Below, piece after piece: positions 1 through 12,700 of a stretch of 64,000 bases of DNA. The position numbers were made by a program, and so were the translations under genes. Location of the stretch: the NCBI GenBank assembly GCA_963514005.1, contig OY740827.1:3348001-3412000 (forward strand), given 5' to 3'. The notes under the pieces are model-generated. The model did no database searches. It was not told where the DNA came from and saw nothing but the letters and a program-made list of their open reading frames with translations. This DNA comes from Raja brachyura. Lineage: Eukaryota. The first letter of the stretch is position 1; the number at the start of each line of letters is the position of its first letter.

Positions 1-19
1 TCAGCTGCTTTCACTGTTC

Positions 20-320
20 ACCCTTGCACCGTGCCTGAAGTGGTATGAAACTGCACTTGAATTCGGTGGCCTTGCACCCTGCCTGAAGTGGTAGAAAACT
101 GCACTTGAATACGGCGGCCTTGCACCCTGCCTGAAGCGGTAGGAAGCTGCACTTGAATTCGGCGGCCTTGCACCCTGCCTGAAGTGGTTGGAAACTGCAC
201 TTGAATTTGGCGGTCTTGCACCCTGCCTGACCTGGTAGGAAACTGCACTTGAATTCGGCAGCCTTGCACCCTGGTTGAAGTGTTAGGAAACTGCACTTGA
301 ATTCGGCGGCCTTGCACTAG
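20..320. repeat. 48-bp tandem repeat (~6 copies) within the Helitron-like element
   Basis: Unit cttgcaccctgcctgaagtggtaggaaactgcacttgaattcggcggc. Confidence 0.9.
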
Positions 321-422
321 CAATGTTACAAAATTTTGTGATTTAAAAAATCAAGTCTGCAATTTATCCCATCAGATAAAGCATAAAAAGAAGTTTAATT
401 TGACACCTAATTTACTTTCATA

Positions 423-2383
423 TAGAAACATAGAAACATAGAAATTAGGTGCAGGAATAGGCCATTCGGCCCTTCGAGCCTGCACCGCCATTCAATATGA
501 TCATGGCTGATCATCCAACTCAGTATCCCGTACCTGCCTTCTCTCCATACCCTCTGATCCCCTTAGCCACAAGGGCCACATCTAACTCCCTCTTAAATAT
601 ATCCAATGAACTGGCCTCAACTACCCTCTGTGGCAGAGAATTCCAGAGACCCACCACTCTCTGTGTGAAAAAATTCCTTCTCATCTCGGTCCTAAAGGAT
701 TTCCCCCTTATCCTTAAGCTGTGACCCCTTGTCCTGGACGTCCCCAACATCGGGAACAATCTTCCTGCATCTAGCCTGTCCAACCCCTTAAGAATCTTGT
801 AAGTTTCTATAAGATCCCCTCTCAATCTCCTAAATTCTAGAGAGTATAAACCGAGTCTATGCAGTCTTTGTTCATAAGACAGTCCTGACATCCCAGGAAT
901 CAGTCTGGTGAACCTTCGCTGCACTCCCTCTATGGCAATAATGTCCTTCCTCAGATTTGGAGACCAGAACTGTACGCAATACTCCAGGTGTGGCCTCACC
1001 AAGACCCTATACAACTGAAGTAGAACCTCCCTGCTCCTATACTCAAATCCTTTTGCTATGAAAGCTAACATACCATTGGCTTTCTTCACTGCCTGTTGCA
1101 CCTGCATGCCTACTTTCAATGACTGGTGTACCATGACACCCAGGTCGCGCTGCATCTCCCCTTTTCCTAATCGGCCACCATTTAGATAGTAGTCGGTTTT
1201 CCTATTTTTGCCACCAAAGTGGATAACCTCACATTTATCCACATTATACTGCATCTGCCAAACATTTGCCCACTCACCCAGCCTATCCAAGTCACCTTGC
1301 ATTCTCCTAGCATCCTCCTCACAGCCAACACTGCCCCCAGCTTAGTGTCATCCGCAAACTTGGAGATATTGCCTTCAATTCCCTCATCCAGATCATTTAT
1401 GTATATTGTAAATAGCTGGGGTCCCAGCACTGAGCCTTGCGGTACCCCACTAGTCACTGCCTGCCATTGTGAAAACGACCCGTTAACTCCTACTCTTTGC
1501 TTCCTGTTTGCCAGCCAGTTCTCTATCCACATCAATACTGAACCCCCAATGCCATATGCTTTAAGTTCATATACTAATCGCTTATGTGGGACCTTGTCGA
1601 AAGCCTTCTGGAAGTCCAGATACACCACATCCACTGGTTCTCCCCCATCCACGCTACTAGTTACATCCTCGAAAAATTCCACAAGATTCGTCAGACATGA
1701 TTTACCTTTCGTAAATCCATGCTGGCTTTGTCCAATGATTTCACCACTTTCCAAATGTGCTGCTATCCCATCTTTAATAACTGACTCTAGCAGTTTCCCC
1801 ACTACCGATGTTAGACTAACTGGTCTGTAATTCCCCGTTTTCTCTCTCCCCCCCTTCTTAAAAAGAGGGGTTACGTTTGCTACCCGCCAATCCTCAGGAA
1901 CTACTCCAGAATCTAAAGAGTTTTGAAAGATTATCACTAATGCATCCACTATTTCCGGAGCTACTTCCTTAAGTACTCTGGGATGCAGCCTATCTGGCCC
2001 TGGGGATTTATCGGCCTTTAATCCATTCAATTTACCCAACACCACTTCCCGACTAACCTGGATTTCACTCAAGTACTCCTTTGACCTGCGGTCCCCTGCT
2101 ATTTCCGGCAGATTATTTATGTCTTCCTTAGTGAAGACGGAACCAAAGTAGTTATTCAATTGGTCCGCCATATCCTTGTTCCCCATGATCAACTCACCTG
2201 TTTCTGACTGCAAGGGACCTACATTTGTTTTAACTAATCTCTTTCTCTTCACATATCTATAAAAACTTTTGCAGTCAGTTTTTATGTTCCCTGCCAGTTT
2301 TCTTTCATAATCTATTTTTCCTTTCCTAATCAAGCCCTTTGTCCTTCTCTGCTGGTCTCTGAATTTTTCCCAGTCCTCTGGTA
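423..2383 (-). mobile_element. 5'-truncated young CR1 LINE (ORF2 RT)
   Basis: ORFs 1182-2333 and 520-1302 are split by one frameshift; [19 protein letters not shown]; (TTTCTATG)n tail at ~423-443. Confidence 0.95.
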
Positions 2384-3633
2384 AATATCTTCAGTATTAA
2401 GAAAGTTATGGCCATTTTCATACTCGGAAATGAGCTTCTTGCTTCCCATTGCCTTTCAATTGACTTAACTCAAAAGCTGTGATCTGGAAAAGTTAAAAGT
2501 CCATAACATTCTTAAAAATTAAGAGAACTCAATGACATTTTCAGTTATTATAGATTGAAGCATTCTGAAACAAATATGAAACAATCTTACTTGGATTACC
2601 TGAAATTAAAGCATATAATTAGTTAGTTATCTAATTGTAGCTAATTACAAAATTCAGTGAGTAGATCTAAACATCTATCAATTTCTTAAGAAAAGATAAA
2701 CTTTTTTTTAATTGCCTAAGTGTCCAAATAACATTCACACAATAATCCACAATATAACATAATTTTTAAATCTAATTTTCATGAATTTCTGGGCCAAATG
2801 GAAGGAATTTAGTGTTTTATGCTGTAAATTAATGGCCATTTAAATCAACTAGCGAGTGGGTTTTAGTGGAATGCGGTGGATTAGAACGTTGCGGTTAGCG
2901 GTGAAGTCGGGGGGGAAAAATACTGGGGGTTCATACATTTTTTGGGGACCCCATTTCGCAACATAAAAATATTATTAATGCCTCCCGAAAAACCAACTTT
3001 TAATATAAAAATATAGTATTTACCTTTTTTTCTCCCCTACGCAAAATGCTTCCGGTTGTCTGTGCTCACGGCTTTTGAAAGTGATTTTTAAATTGTTCTA
3101 GTTAATAAATAATGTAGAGTAATTTAAAAATACCACCATTCATGAAATGTCGGAGTGATTTTTCTTCAGCAACCAAATCGCCCGACATTGATCGATTTGT
3201 CCTGCCTGTTGAAAAACGGCACTTTAAGCCTGCCCCCCTCTGCAAGGCGCGAAAGTCACGCACACGGGGAGCGGCAGAAGTGCAGCGCCGGTAAAGGTAC
3301 GTTTTGTAACATACCTACTTGCACCCTGCCTGAAGTGGTAGGAAACTTCACTTGAAGTTGGCGGCCTTGCACCCTGCCTGAAGTGGGATGAAACTGCACT
3401 TGAATTTGGTGGCCTTGCACCCTGCTTGAAATGGAATTTCAAAGAAGAGCCGTGAGTCAACTGCCTGCCCACCAGGCTTGAGTGACTGAGCTGCCAGCCC
3501 GAGAATCCATTTGGCCCACAATGTCCATACTAGCACTCCAAAAAGCCCCCACACCCCCACCAATATTGGTATTGGTGGAGAGGTGGAATATTACATTGGG
3601 AGACCAGCCCTCCTGTGTGAACACTTAGTCTAG

Positions 3634-5052
3634 TACTAACTAGCGTAGGCAAGCACTTGATAATATAAAGCACATAATAGGCGGAGTCACTACTAACAAG
3701 CACTATAATTGGCTAGTATGAAATAGGCAATCTATATCTTCCCTTGTAGAAACGAAAGAAACATCGGTGGCTAAGCAATATCGGTGGAATGTCAATAACA
3801 CATTTGGGATAGTTTGCTAAATGACACAAAATCACCATATCTAACGGGTGGCCTGCAAACCCGTCCGGCCCGTGTGCGGTACGAGTCCGCCTCACCTCCT
3901 TTCACTGGAGAAAATACCGGGCAAGGAATTGGGGACATGACCGGCGACCCGACAGGCAGGGAGGGTGACAAGATAGGCGAGCTGGTCGCCAAGCACCGTG
4001 GGGAGGCTGCGGTGGAAACTATAGTTGGCAGTGGGGCCGCGGGACCTACCATGGGAGGGTATACGAAACGCGAGACATCTGGATACGGAGTCGCAGGAAG
4101 CGGTTCCTTCACCGGAAGGATATGTTGACGGTTGCGTCTGTAGATGGCTCCATCCACTTCAACCAGATAAGAACGCGGTTCTTTGGCAGGGCCGTGGATG
4201 TGACCCAGATGTGCATGGCCCTTGTTGGTCTGGAGACAAACCACTTGCCCACGTGCGAGCGGTTTAAGTGGCTTGCTGGATTTGTCGAAGAAGCGCTTCT
4301 GCGTGTAGTTGTTTCTGAACTGCAGGCGGGGAATGAACTTGTGGCTGCAAAAGCTGCTGGGCCACAGGCAGGGGAGCACTGGTTTGGCGAGACATCAGTC
4401 GTTGGGCTGGAGAACCCAGTTTGGGATCCCGTGAAATATTCTGTATGCCATGTGTGACAGCATACACAATGAACTCAAGCGCATGGTCTCCATGGGTTTT
4501 ATGTCTGAAGTTACCGACCCATCTGACTGGGTTTCCACCATGGTGGTCGCAACAAAGAAAACAAGGAGGAGATCCATAACTGCATAAGCCCCAGAGATCT
4601 TAATGCCTGCATTACCCAATGTAAACAACAGAAGATGTTGCTGCCCAGATAGGCAACGCATCAGTATTCTCCGTTCTAGATGCCAAAGGCACGTTTTGGC
4701 AGATTCCACTGGAGCCAATCTCGTCCAATCACACTACATTCATCACCACCCTTTAGCCGATACAAATGTCTGAGATTGCCCTTTGGCATCAACTCTGCCA
4801 GCAAAGTTTTCCAGTGCACTACAGAACCACTTCAGAACCATGACACCATGTAATGAGCTGACTCGAACACATATCAAGATACAATACATGTTTATTAAAT
4901 CTACTTACAGCAAGGAACTGCAGACATTACATTTCCTAGCTGCTACTCATACTAACTAGCATAGGCAAGCTCTTGATAATATAAAGCACATAATAGGCAG
5001 AGTCACTACTAACAAGCTTTATAATTGGCTAGTATGAAATAACCAACCTACA
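3634..5052 (-). mobile_element. Internally deleted and rearranged Gypsy LTR element
   Basis: Direct repeats at 4849-5052 (complete LTR) and 3634-3736 (truncated). PBS tggtgtca next to 4848, PPT next to 3737. Integrase C-terminus on minus (GSPAQRLM, PRSYLV..RRNRQH, YRTRAGR); RT fragment on plus (~4468-4820, SDWVSTMVV, FWQIPL). Confidence 0.8.
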
Positions 5053-5442
5053 AACAGTAAACGGGGAGAGGGGGAGTGAGAGTATATAGTACACAGGGGC
5101 AGGGGCAGTAGAGTAACAGTCCACAGGGAGAGGGAGAGTGAGAGGAACAGTACATGGAGAGGGAGAGTGAGAGTAACAGTAAACGGGGAGAAGGGGAGAG
5201 GGGGAATGAGCAGGAAAGTAGGAATAAACGACACGAGACATGAAGGACAGTTAACTACTCTTTATTAACATGCAAGCAATAACTGGTCAGGTGAGGGGAA
5301 CAGTCGATCAAGACTACTCTTCAAACTCAAACCATGCAGACTTTTAAAATCATATTTGACAGGTGAAAATTGAAGTGGGCCACGTAGGATTGTTCACATG
5401 GTTACCCACTGTTATCCAGTATTCTGTATTTTTCCCTTATCA

Positions 5443-6470
5443 ATGGGTGGCACGGTGGTGCAGCGGTAGAGTTGCTGCCTCATAGCGCCAGAGACCCGGT
5501 TCAATCCTGACTACGGGTGCTGTCTGCACGGAGTTCTCCCTGTGACAGCATGGGTTTTGAATTTAATTGTATTTCCTTTATTGTTATTTAACCAAGTTTG
5601 AATGAAATTTTGTACCATGCAGTCATGACAAAAAAAAGCAACAAAACACACAATGAACACAATTTAACACAAACATCCATCACAGTGAATCTCCGGGCAC
5701 CTCCTCACTGTGATGCAAGGGAAAAAGTATTAATCTTATTTGCTTGTGCTCCCGCTGCATCGAGGCGATCGAGGCTCTCGATGTTGAAGACCCCGCCGGG
5801 TGATGGTAAATCCCGCGGCCGATTTTTAGCTTCGCGAACGGGCCGATTCAAACTCTGCGATTCGGGCCAGATGAAGCTGCTGTTGCGGGAGCTCGCATAA
5901 ATCGGTCACCAACCAGAGACCAGCGAGCTCCCGAAGTTACCGTCCACAGGGCTTGCGGCCAAAGTCTCCGAAGTCGGGTCGCAGCCACAGCACCACCACA
6001 GCCTCCGAAGTCAGCCAGCTCCGCGATGGTGAGTCCACATGCTCAGCCACCGGAGTCCCCGAGGTCGATTCCAGTTGGAGGCCGCCAGCTCCATGATATT
6101 AGGCCTCAGCACAGACGGAGACAAAGAAAATTTGCATCCCCATTGAGGGAAGAGAATGAAAATTCCCCCACCCCCCACATATACACAACTAAAAATAGAC
6201 TAAAACATACATCTAACAAGACAAAAAGAACAAAAAAAGGAATGACAGGCGGACTGCAGGCGAGCCGCAGCTGCTTGGGCGGCGCCACCACTTCCGTTTT
6301 CCCGTGTGCTTCCCACACTCCAAAGATGTACATGTTTGTATGTTAATTGGCCTGGTATAAATATCCCTAGTGTGTGTAGCACAGCCTTATTACGCGGATT
6401 TCGCTGGTCAACATGGACTCGCTGGGACAAAGGGTCCAATTCCGCGCTGTATCCCAAAACACAGTTCTGT
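5443..6470 (+). mobile_element. HE1-like tRNA-derived V-SINE split by an unclassified element (~5560-6292, minus)
   Basis: Head ggcacggtggtgcagcggtagag...ggttcaatcc (A/B boxes). The SINE body resumes at ~6294. The insert is related to 46910-47590. Confidence 0.7.
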
Positions 6471-6553
6471 CACTAAAAAACAAAACATGCAGGTGTTCAA
6501 GTTGTTGACTTTGTGGATCAGTGTGACCGGACGTGTTTACGGTACAATAAAAC

Positions 6554-6559
6554 TTTATT
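6554..6559 (-). promoter_or_regulatory. Candidate polyadenylation signal AATAAA of the Siglec gene
   Basis: First minus-strand AATAAA after the stop, about 170 nt downstream, inside a LINE 3' tail fragment. Confidence 0.4.
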
Positions 6560-6727
6560 CATCCCAGGAGGAAAATTGATCAGCCAACAGCCATAAAAAC
6601 ACAAAATACATGAGGTGCACATGGAGTCAATGGAGGGGAGGTTGGTTGCAGAGAGTGAGGAAAGAGAGAGATGAGCAGAGAAAGTGGGCGGAGGGAGGGT
6701 GCGCACCGAGAGGGGTTGAACTGGGGC

Positions 6728-6784
6728 TCATTTTGATCTGAGCTGGAGCTCGCTGTACAGATCCCGGTCACCGACATTCAGCTC
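6728..6784 (-). CDS. Cytoplasmic exon 2 (ELNVGDRDLYSELQLRSK*), second half of ITAM
   Basis: Strong acceptor tttctctcctcacag at 6785, phase 0, stop TGA at 6728-6730. Confidence 0.85.
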   Translation of the reverse strand, partial: ELNVGDRDLYSELQLRSK

Positions 6785-9700
6785 CTGTGAGGAGAGAAAC
6801 ACAGGTTACAGGAATAGAATAAACAGCCCACAATGTAGGGGCCGGAAGGGACGGGTTTACTGAGACACAGGGGGGTGTAGGGGCCAGAGGGGAGGGGATT
6901 ATGGAGACGGGGGGGGGGGTGTAGGGGCCAGAGGGGAGGGGATTACGGAGACAGGGAGGGGTGTAGGGGCCGGAGGAGAGGGGATTACAGAGAGGTGTAG
7001 GGGCTGTGGGGGTGCGAGGGGGATACAGAGACAGGGAAGTGTGTTGGGGCCAGAGTGGATGGGCCAGAGGGGAGATGGGGTTATACAGACAGGGAGGGGT
7101 GTAGGGGCCGGCGGGGAGGTGGTGACAGTGTCTGGGTGTGGAGGGACTTTCACCGAGCTAAGGGAGGAGGGGGGTACATGGGAGTGAATGTTGGGGTGTG
7201 GAAAGCACAGGATAAGGTTCTAGCTGCAGGGGAGTGGGGCAGGGACAGGGTCGGTGATGTTCAGTACGTGGAACGGGATAAAGTGGGGAAGTGGGGTCCG
7301 AGGATGTTTCCACTAGTGGGAGAGTCTAGGACCAGAGGCCACTGCCTCAGAATTAAAGAATGTTCCTTTAGGAAAGAGATGATGAGGTATTTCTTTCATC
7401 AGAGGGTGGTAAATCTGTGGAAATAATTGCCTCAGACGGCTGTGGAGGCCAAGTCAGAGGATATTTTTCAGGCAGAGTTGGATAAGATTCCTGATTTGTG
7501 CGGGTGTCAAGGATTATGGGAAGAAGGCAGGCGAATGGGGTTGGGAGCGAGAGATAGATCAGCCATGATTGAACGGCGGAGTAGACTTGATGGGCTGAAT
7601 GGGCTAATTTTACTTCAGAGTCACGTGAGTGACTATGTGAAGAAGCCCGCCTGGCGCTTGATCGGCATTACGTCGATGCTGTCGGTATGGAAAGAGCTGC
7701 AGAGCGCAGCTCCAACACAGCGGTAAGGAAACGGCCCGCAGGTAAGTAAATTACTTTTACTTCCAGGGCGTTTTTAAAACTCCGTAGGCTGGTGGGTAAA
7801 CCAGGAGGAGTTTAAAAATAAAATGGAAAAAGTTTAAAAAAAAAAAAAAAAAAAAATCACGGGTAAAACGTGCGTCCCGGGGTGGAGAAGAAAAATAGTC
7901 GGGACAGCAGATTATTGCAGAGCCGGTTCCGATACCGGTGGCCGTTGAAATACCCGTTAGTGAGCCTTCGGTTGCTCCACAAACAGGATCCACGGAGGAA
8001 AACCCAGTGCCTAAAAAATGTAAAAGAAAATCTGAAAGGCCTGTGGGTTCTGATGAATCTGATTCTGAAAGTCCTCCAGAGAGAAAATAGCCTTATGGCT
8101 TAGAATGGAATACAAATGGAGAAAATACTCCAAACAATCATCAACCAAGGGTCTAAAAACCAAGAATATTCCCAGGCAGCTCCTGAGGGGGTTCCATATC
8201 ATGATTATGGTGCCAGTTTGAATTGGGAATTTGAAACTCCAGAGCCTGGGATTGGGCTGGAGAATATTCTTGAGCAAAGTCTCAGGAGTACCAGGGCTGC
8301 ATGAGACTGATCCTGAAGGTGGTGATTTCGGTCATGAGTACCCACCACAATACAAAAATATTTTTCCAGGTGTGTCTGATGTGGCACAACGTTTTCTATA
8401 CCTGGAGGCGGCGGTGAGGCCATGGAAGAAACCTGGCGGCCAACATAAATTATTTGGTCTCTCACCAGCTTCAAGAAGCTGTTATGGTTGATACAGCAGA
8501 ATTATTATACCTCACTGAAGGTACCTACGGGAAATTCGGCTTTTTGGCGCCAATGTCATCAATGATGCAGGCGCAGGAAATATGATTTTGGCTGGGATCA
8601 CTGCTTTTGGAAAGCAAGTGGAAGATTGTGGAATGACCAAAGTTCAGAAGGATATGTTGGCATTATTCTGCAACTCAATATTTAAGATTAATTGTATGAG
8701 GGAGATTGCCATTTGGCCTATTTTACATCCAAGATTTGCAGGTTTGTGCAGATCAAGCAATGTTCAAGCTCCTGGTTATTTGTTCGGAGAAAATCTGTTT
8801 AAATAAATAAAGAGGTTGATAAAGAGGCAAAGACCTCATTGACCTCATGAAACCCTTCGGTTTGGCCAAAGAAAGGGCCGGTCAAACAAGAAGGGGATTT
8901 TGATTTGGAGCTGGAACAAGCCGAGGCAGGAGTATGGTAAGGAAATATTACCAACCAGCACAGCCGAATGTTACCCATATGTTGGGAGAATGTGACCACC
9001 ATGTCCGGTTGGAGAGGTACAAAAACTTTATCCTATTATAGAAGAATCTTTGGATGAACCTCAGATTGGTGGTAGTCTATAAATGTTTTATGATAAATGG
9101 AACTGTATAACATCTGGCAGTGTTATATTAGGTACTGTCTTAGGATCAACCATTGATTTTGTAGAAGGTATTGATCCACCAGTACAGAATAAGCCTAATT
9201 GTATTTTGGTGTAAGAAAGGAGGTATCGAGAAATCAAGTGAGGATCCACAACAATTTGTATCAAATATTTTCCCCAGACACTAAGAAAGATGGGGGTTGT
9301 AGAATCATTTTGGACCTCACACTTTTAATACGTTTGTCCAGAAGGATGCATATTATTCAGTACCAATTCATCATCACATTCGCAGGTATTGAAATTTAAT
9401 TGGATGGGACAGCTGTGGTAATACAAAGCATTACCTAATGGATTAAGCTCAGCTCCTCGGTTGTTCACTAATTGTTGAAACCAGCATTTGCACTGCCCAG
9501 GGCACAAAAACACATCGTTGTGGCTTATCTAGATGACATTTTAATTGTCAATGCTAATCAGGAGTCAGCTGAAAAATCAGTCTCGGTGACTACAAGCCTG
9601 TTTGTAAGGCTAGGTTCCTGATTCATCCAACAAAATCTAAAGTTACAGCCATCCCAAACTATTGAATATTTGGGGTTTGTGATTAATTCAGTTACCATGT

Positions 9701-12700
9701 TAGTAACTTTACCAATAGACAAGATTGTTGATATTACAAATTTTTGATGATGCCTTATTGACAAACCTTATCCCTCCATCCGAGAAGTTGATAATGTTAT
9801 TGGGAAGTTACTAACAGCATTCCCTGAGTAGAATTTGGTCAACTGCATTACCAAAATCTCAAAAAGGGTAAAAACACAAGCTAATACAGCGAGCAGGCCA
9901 TTTTGTTGGGCCCATGCAATTGCCAAAGGAAGCTTTATTAAAATTGTGTTGATGGATTGAGAATGTTCCACAAGCTGTTAAAAACATTTTGGTTCAGCAG
10001 CCAGCAGTGATTTTGCAAGCTGATGCAAGTTCTCTCGGATGGGGTGCTATGGATAATGATACCAGCTGTGGGGGCAGATGGACTGTCCAAGAGGATGTAT
10101 TTCTCCAAACATATGGTATAAATTATTTGGAGTTACTGGGAGCATTTTATGGATTAAAAGCTTATTGTTCTACTATGAAGGATTTGCATGTCCAATTACA
10201 AGTAGACAATACCACAGCTGTGGCATATATCAATCACATGAGTGGAGTAAGATCATTATCATGTGTTCATCTGGGTAACCAGGTGTGGCATTGGTGTATT
10301 GGTAAGAATATTCGGGTTTCAGTTATTTATCTCCCAGGGGGAGACAATATTGTGGCAGACATAAGATCACAAAAATTTTAAGACAATACAGAATGGATGT
10401 TAAATCCAAAAAAAATTCAAGAATATTGTCAGTCGGTTGGAGTACCGGACATTGATCTGTTTGCATCTAGATTTAATCACCAATTGCCCAAATACGTGTC
10501 TTGGGAACACGATCCAGGGGCAGTAGTGGTGGATGTTTTCTCGCTACACTGGGGGAATACGTTCTTTTATGCCTTTCCCCCATTCTGTCTGATTGGGCAA
10601 TGTCTCAAGAAAATAGCGCAAGACACTGCCAAGGGCATTTTGGTGGTGCCAAATTGGCCTACACAGTCATGGTTCCCGTTGATGCTTAAAATGATTATTG
10701 AACCATGTATGATGATTCCTAGTTGCAACAATTGTTGATACAACCAGTGACAAAAGAAATTCATCCATTGCAGGATCATATAAATTTGTTAATCTGCAGC
10801 TTCTGACCAGACCATTGCAAGAGCTTGGACTGTCGGATAGGACCATGGATGTTATAGCTGCAGCTTGGAGAAATAGCACTTAAAAACAATATATGTCGCA
10901 TATAAAGAAATGGGAAGTCTTCTGTAGACAGTCAAAGATGTCTTATTATACTGCGAACATATCAAATGTATTGGAGTTCCTTGCTGGGTTGCATTTTGAT
11001 GAGCACTTAAGTTATAGTGCCATTAATAGTGCTCGTAGTGCTTTGTCGTCCTATTTAGGACAAATTTCTGATCGAGATTCAATTGGGTCTCACCCATTAA
11101 ATATCCCGGTTCATGAAAGGAATTTTAATAAAAATCCTCCCAAGCCCAGTGATACAGAAATTTGGGATGTTAGCATTGTTCTCACTTTGCTTAGGTAATG
11201 GACTCCAATTACTTCAATGTCTTTGCAAAGGTTAACATTCAAGGTAGTAATGTAATGGCATTAGATTCAGCTCAAAAAGTACAAACTTTGCAATTGTTAC
11301 GGTTAGATTGCATGCATGTGGCTTCAGATAACATTGTGTTTTATGTTTATGATCTGACCAAACACAGCAGACCAGGAAAAACTGGAGTCAAGGTAATTTT
11401 TAAAGCATATCCTGTCAATGAAACATTGTGGGTAGTTAAGCATTTAACTAAATATATTGAAGTTAAGTTTTCATTGTACCATTTTATCATTGAACCACTG
11501 CTGACAAATTCATTCACTTGCACTTTGTGTGCAATGTGACGAATAAAACTGATTGATTGATTGATTGATTGAAGTAATCAAAATCTCCGAGGTGCTGAGA
11601 CAGCGTTACTGATAATGCACAAAAAACCACATACAAAAGTTGCAGTTCAAACCATTTCTAGATGGTTAGAACAGGTTTTGGATTTAGCAGGAGTGGACAC
11701 TGATGTGTTTAAGTTTCACTCCACTAGGGCTGCAGCTTCGTCCGCTGCGAAGGTACAGGATGTACCACTCGATAAAATTTTAGAGGCCGCAGGGTGGTGT
11801 AAAGAAGAAACTTTTTCAAAGTTCTATGATAAACCTGTTGTCACGGTGCCAGGATTTGGACACACAGTGTTGGGTTCGCTTTAAATGCTTGCTTTGTTTT
11901 ATATTATCGATTTATTGTATCGATTTATATTATCATTTGATATCATTATCACTTTTGTTGAAATATTTTCCCCTGGGATAGAATTGTTCTTTTTATGATT
12001 AAAAGACTTATTACATAAATTGAAACAATGTTTTAAAAATATTATTTACTCACTACTGTATTGACTAAACAGAGTGTCGTATGGAATGAATCTACGACAT
12101 AAAAAACACAGAGCTTTAAAATCTTCACGTAGTCACTCACGTGACTCCGAAGCAAAATAGTAAGATTAAACAAGAACTTACCTGTTCGAAGTTTGATCTT
12201 TATTTTATGAGGAGTTACGATGAGGGATTACGTGCCCTCCGCTCCCAACCCTCATAATATAAATGATCATCTGGTAGTTCTAGTCTATGTTGAGCCTTAC
12301 TATCTTACTCCGGCTATTGGTTCTGTGTTTTTCATGCCGCTGCTTTGAAGTATGCCGATCAAGCGCCAGGTGGGCTTCGTCACGTAATCCCTCATCGTAA
12401 CTCCTCATAAAATAAAGATCAAACTTCGAACAGGTAAGTTCTCGTTTAATCTTACTATTCTGCTCCCATCACTTATGAACATCGTGGGTCAGTCTCAGTG
12501 GGCAAAGTGGGATATGATGGAGAGATTCAGTGTGTTGAGGGGGGTCAGTATCCTGGGGGACAGGGGGTGGGGACGGTGATGTGGGTTTGGTGGACAGGAG
12601 TGGGGGGGGGGGGGGTGGTTGGTGGCCGACACTGGGAGGGGGAGAGTTTAGTTCAGTTTAGCTTATTGTCACAAGTACCGATGTATGGTGAAAAGCTTTT

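Larger units (their letters stand above)
1..3633 (+). mobile_element. Non-autonomous Helitron-like element (5' end outside the window), interrupted by a CR1
   Basis: Ends in CTAG|T at 3630-3634. Its 3' ~70 bp resembles the terminus of the element at 27117-29069. The same 48-bp repeat occurs at 20-320 and ~3318-3430. Confidence 0.65.

Noticed and set aside
20-320. CRISPR-like array
   Set aside because: Head-to-tail 48-bp units with no unique spacers, in eukaryotic DNA.
6580-6777. ORF-track peptide MSVTGICTASSSS...
   Set aside because: Wrong frame of the terminal exon. The phase-0 frame gives the ITAM half and a stop.
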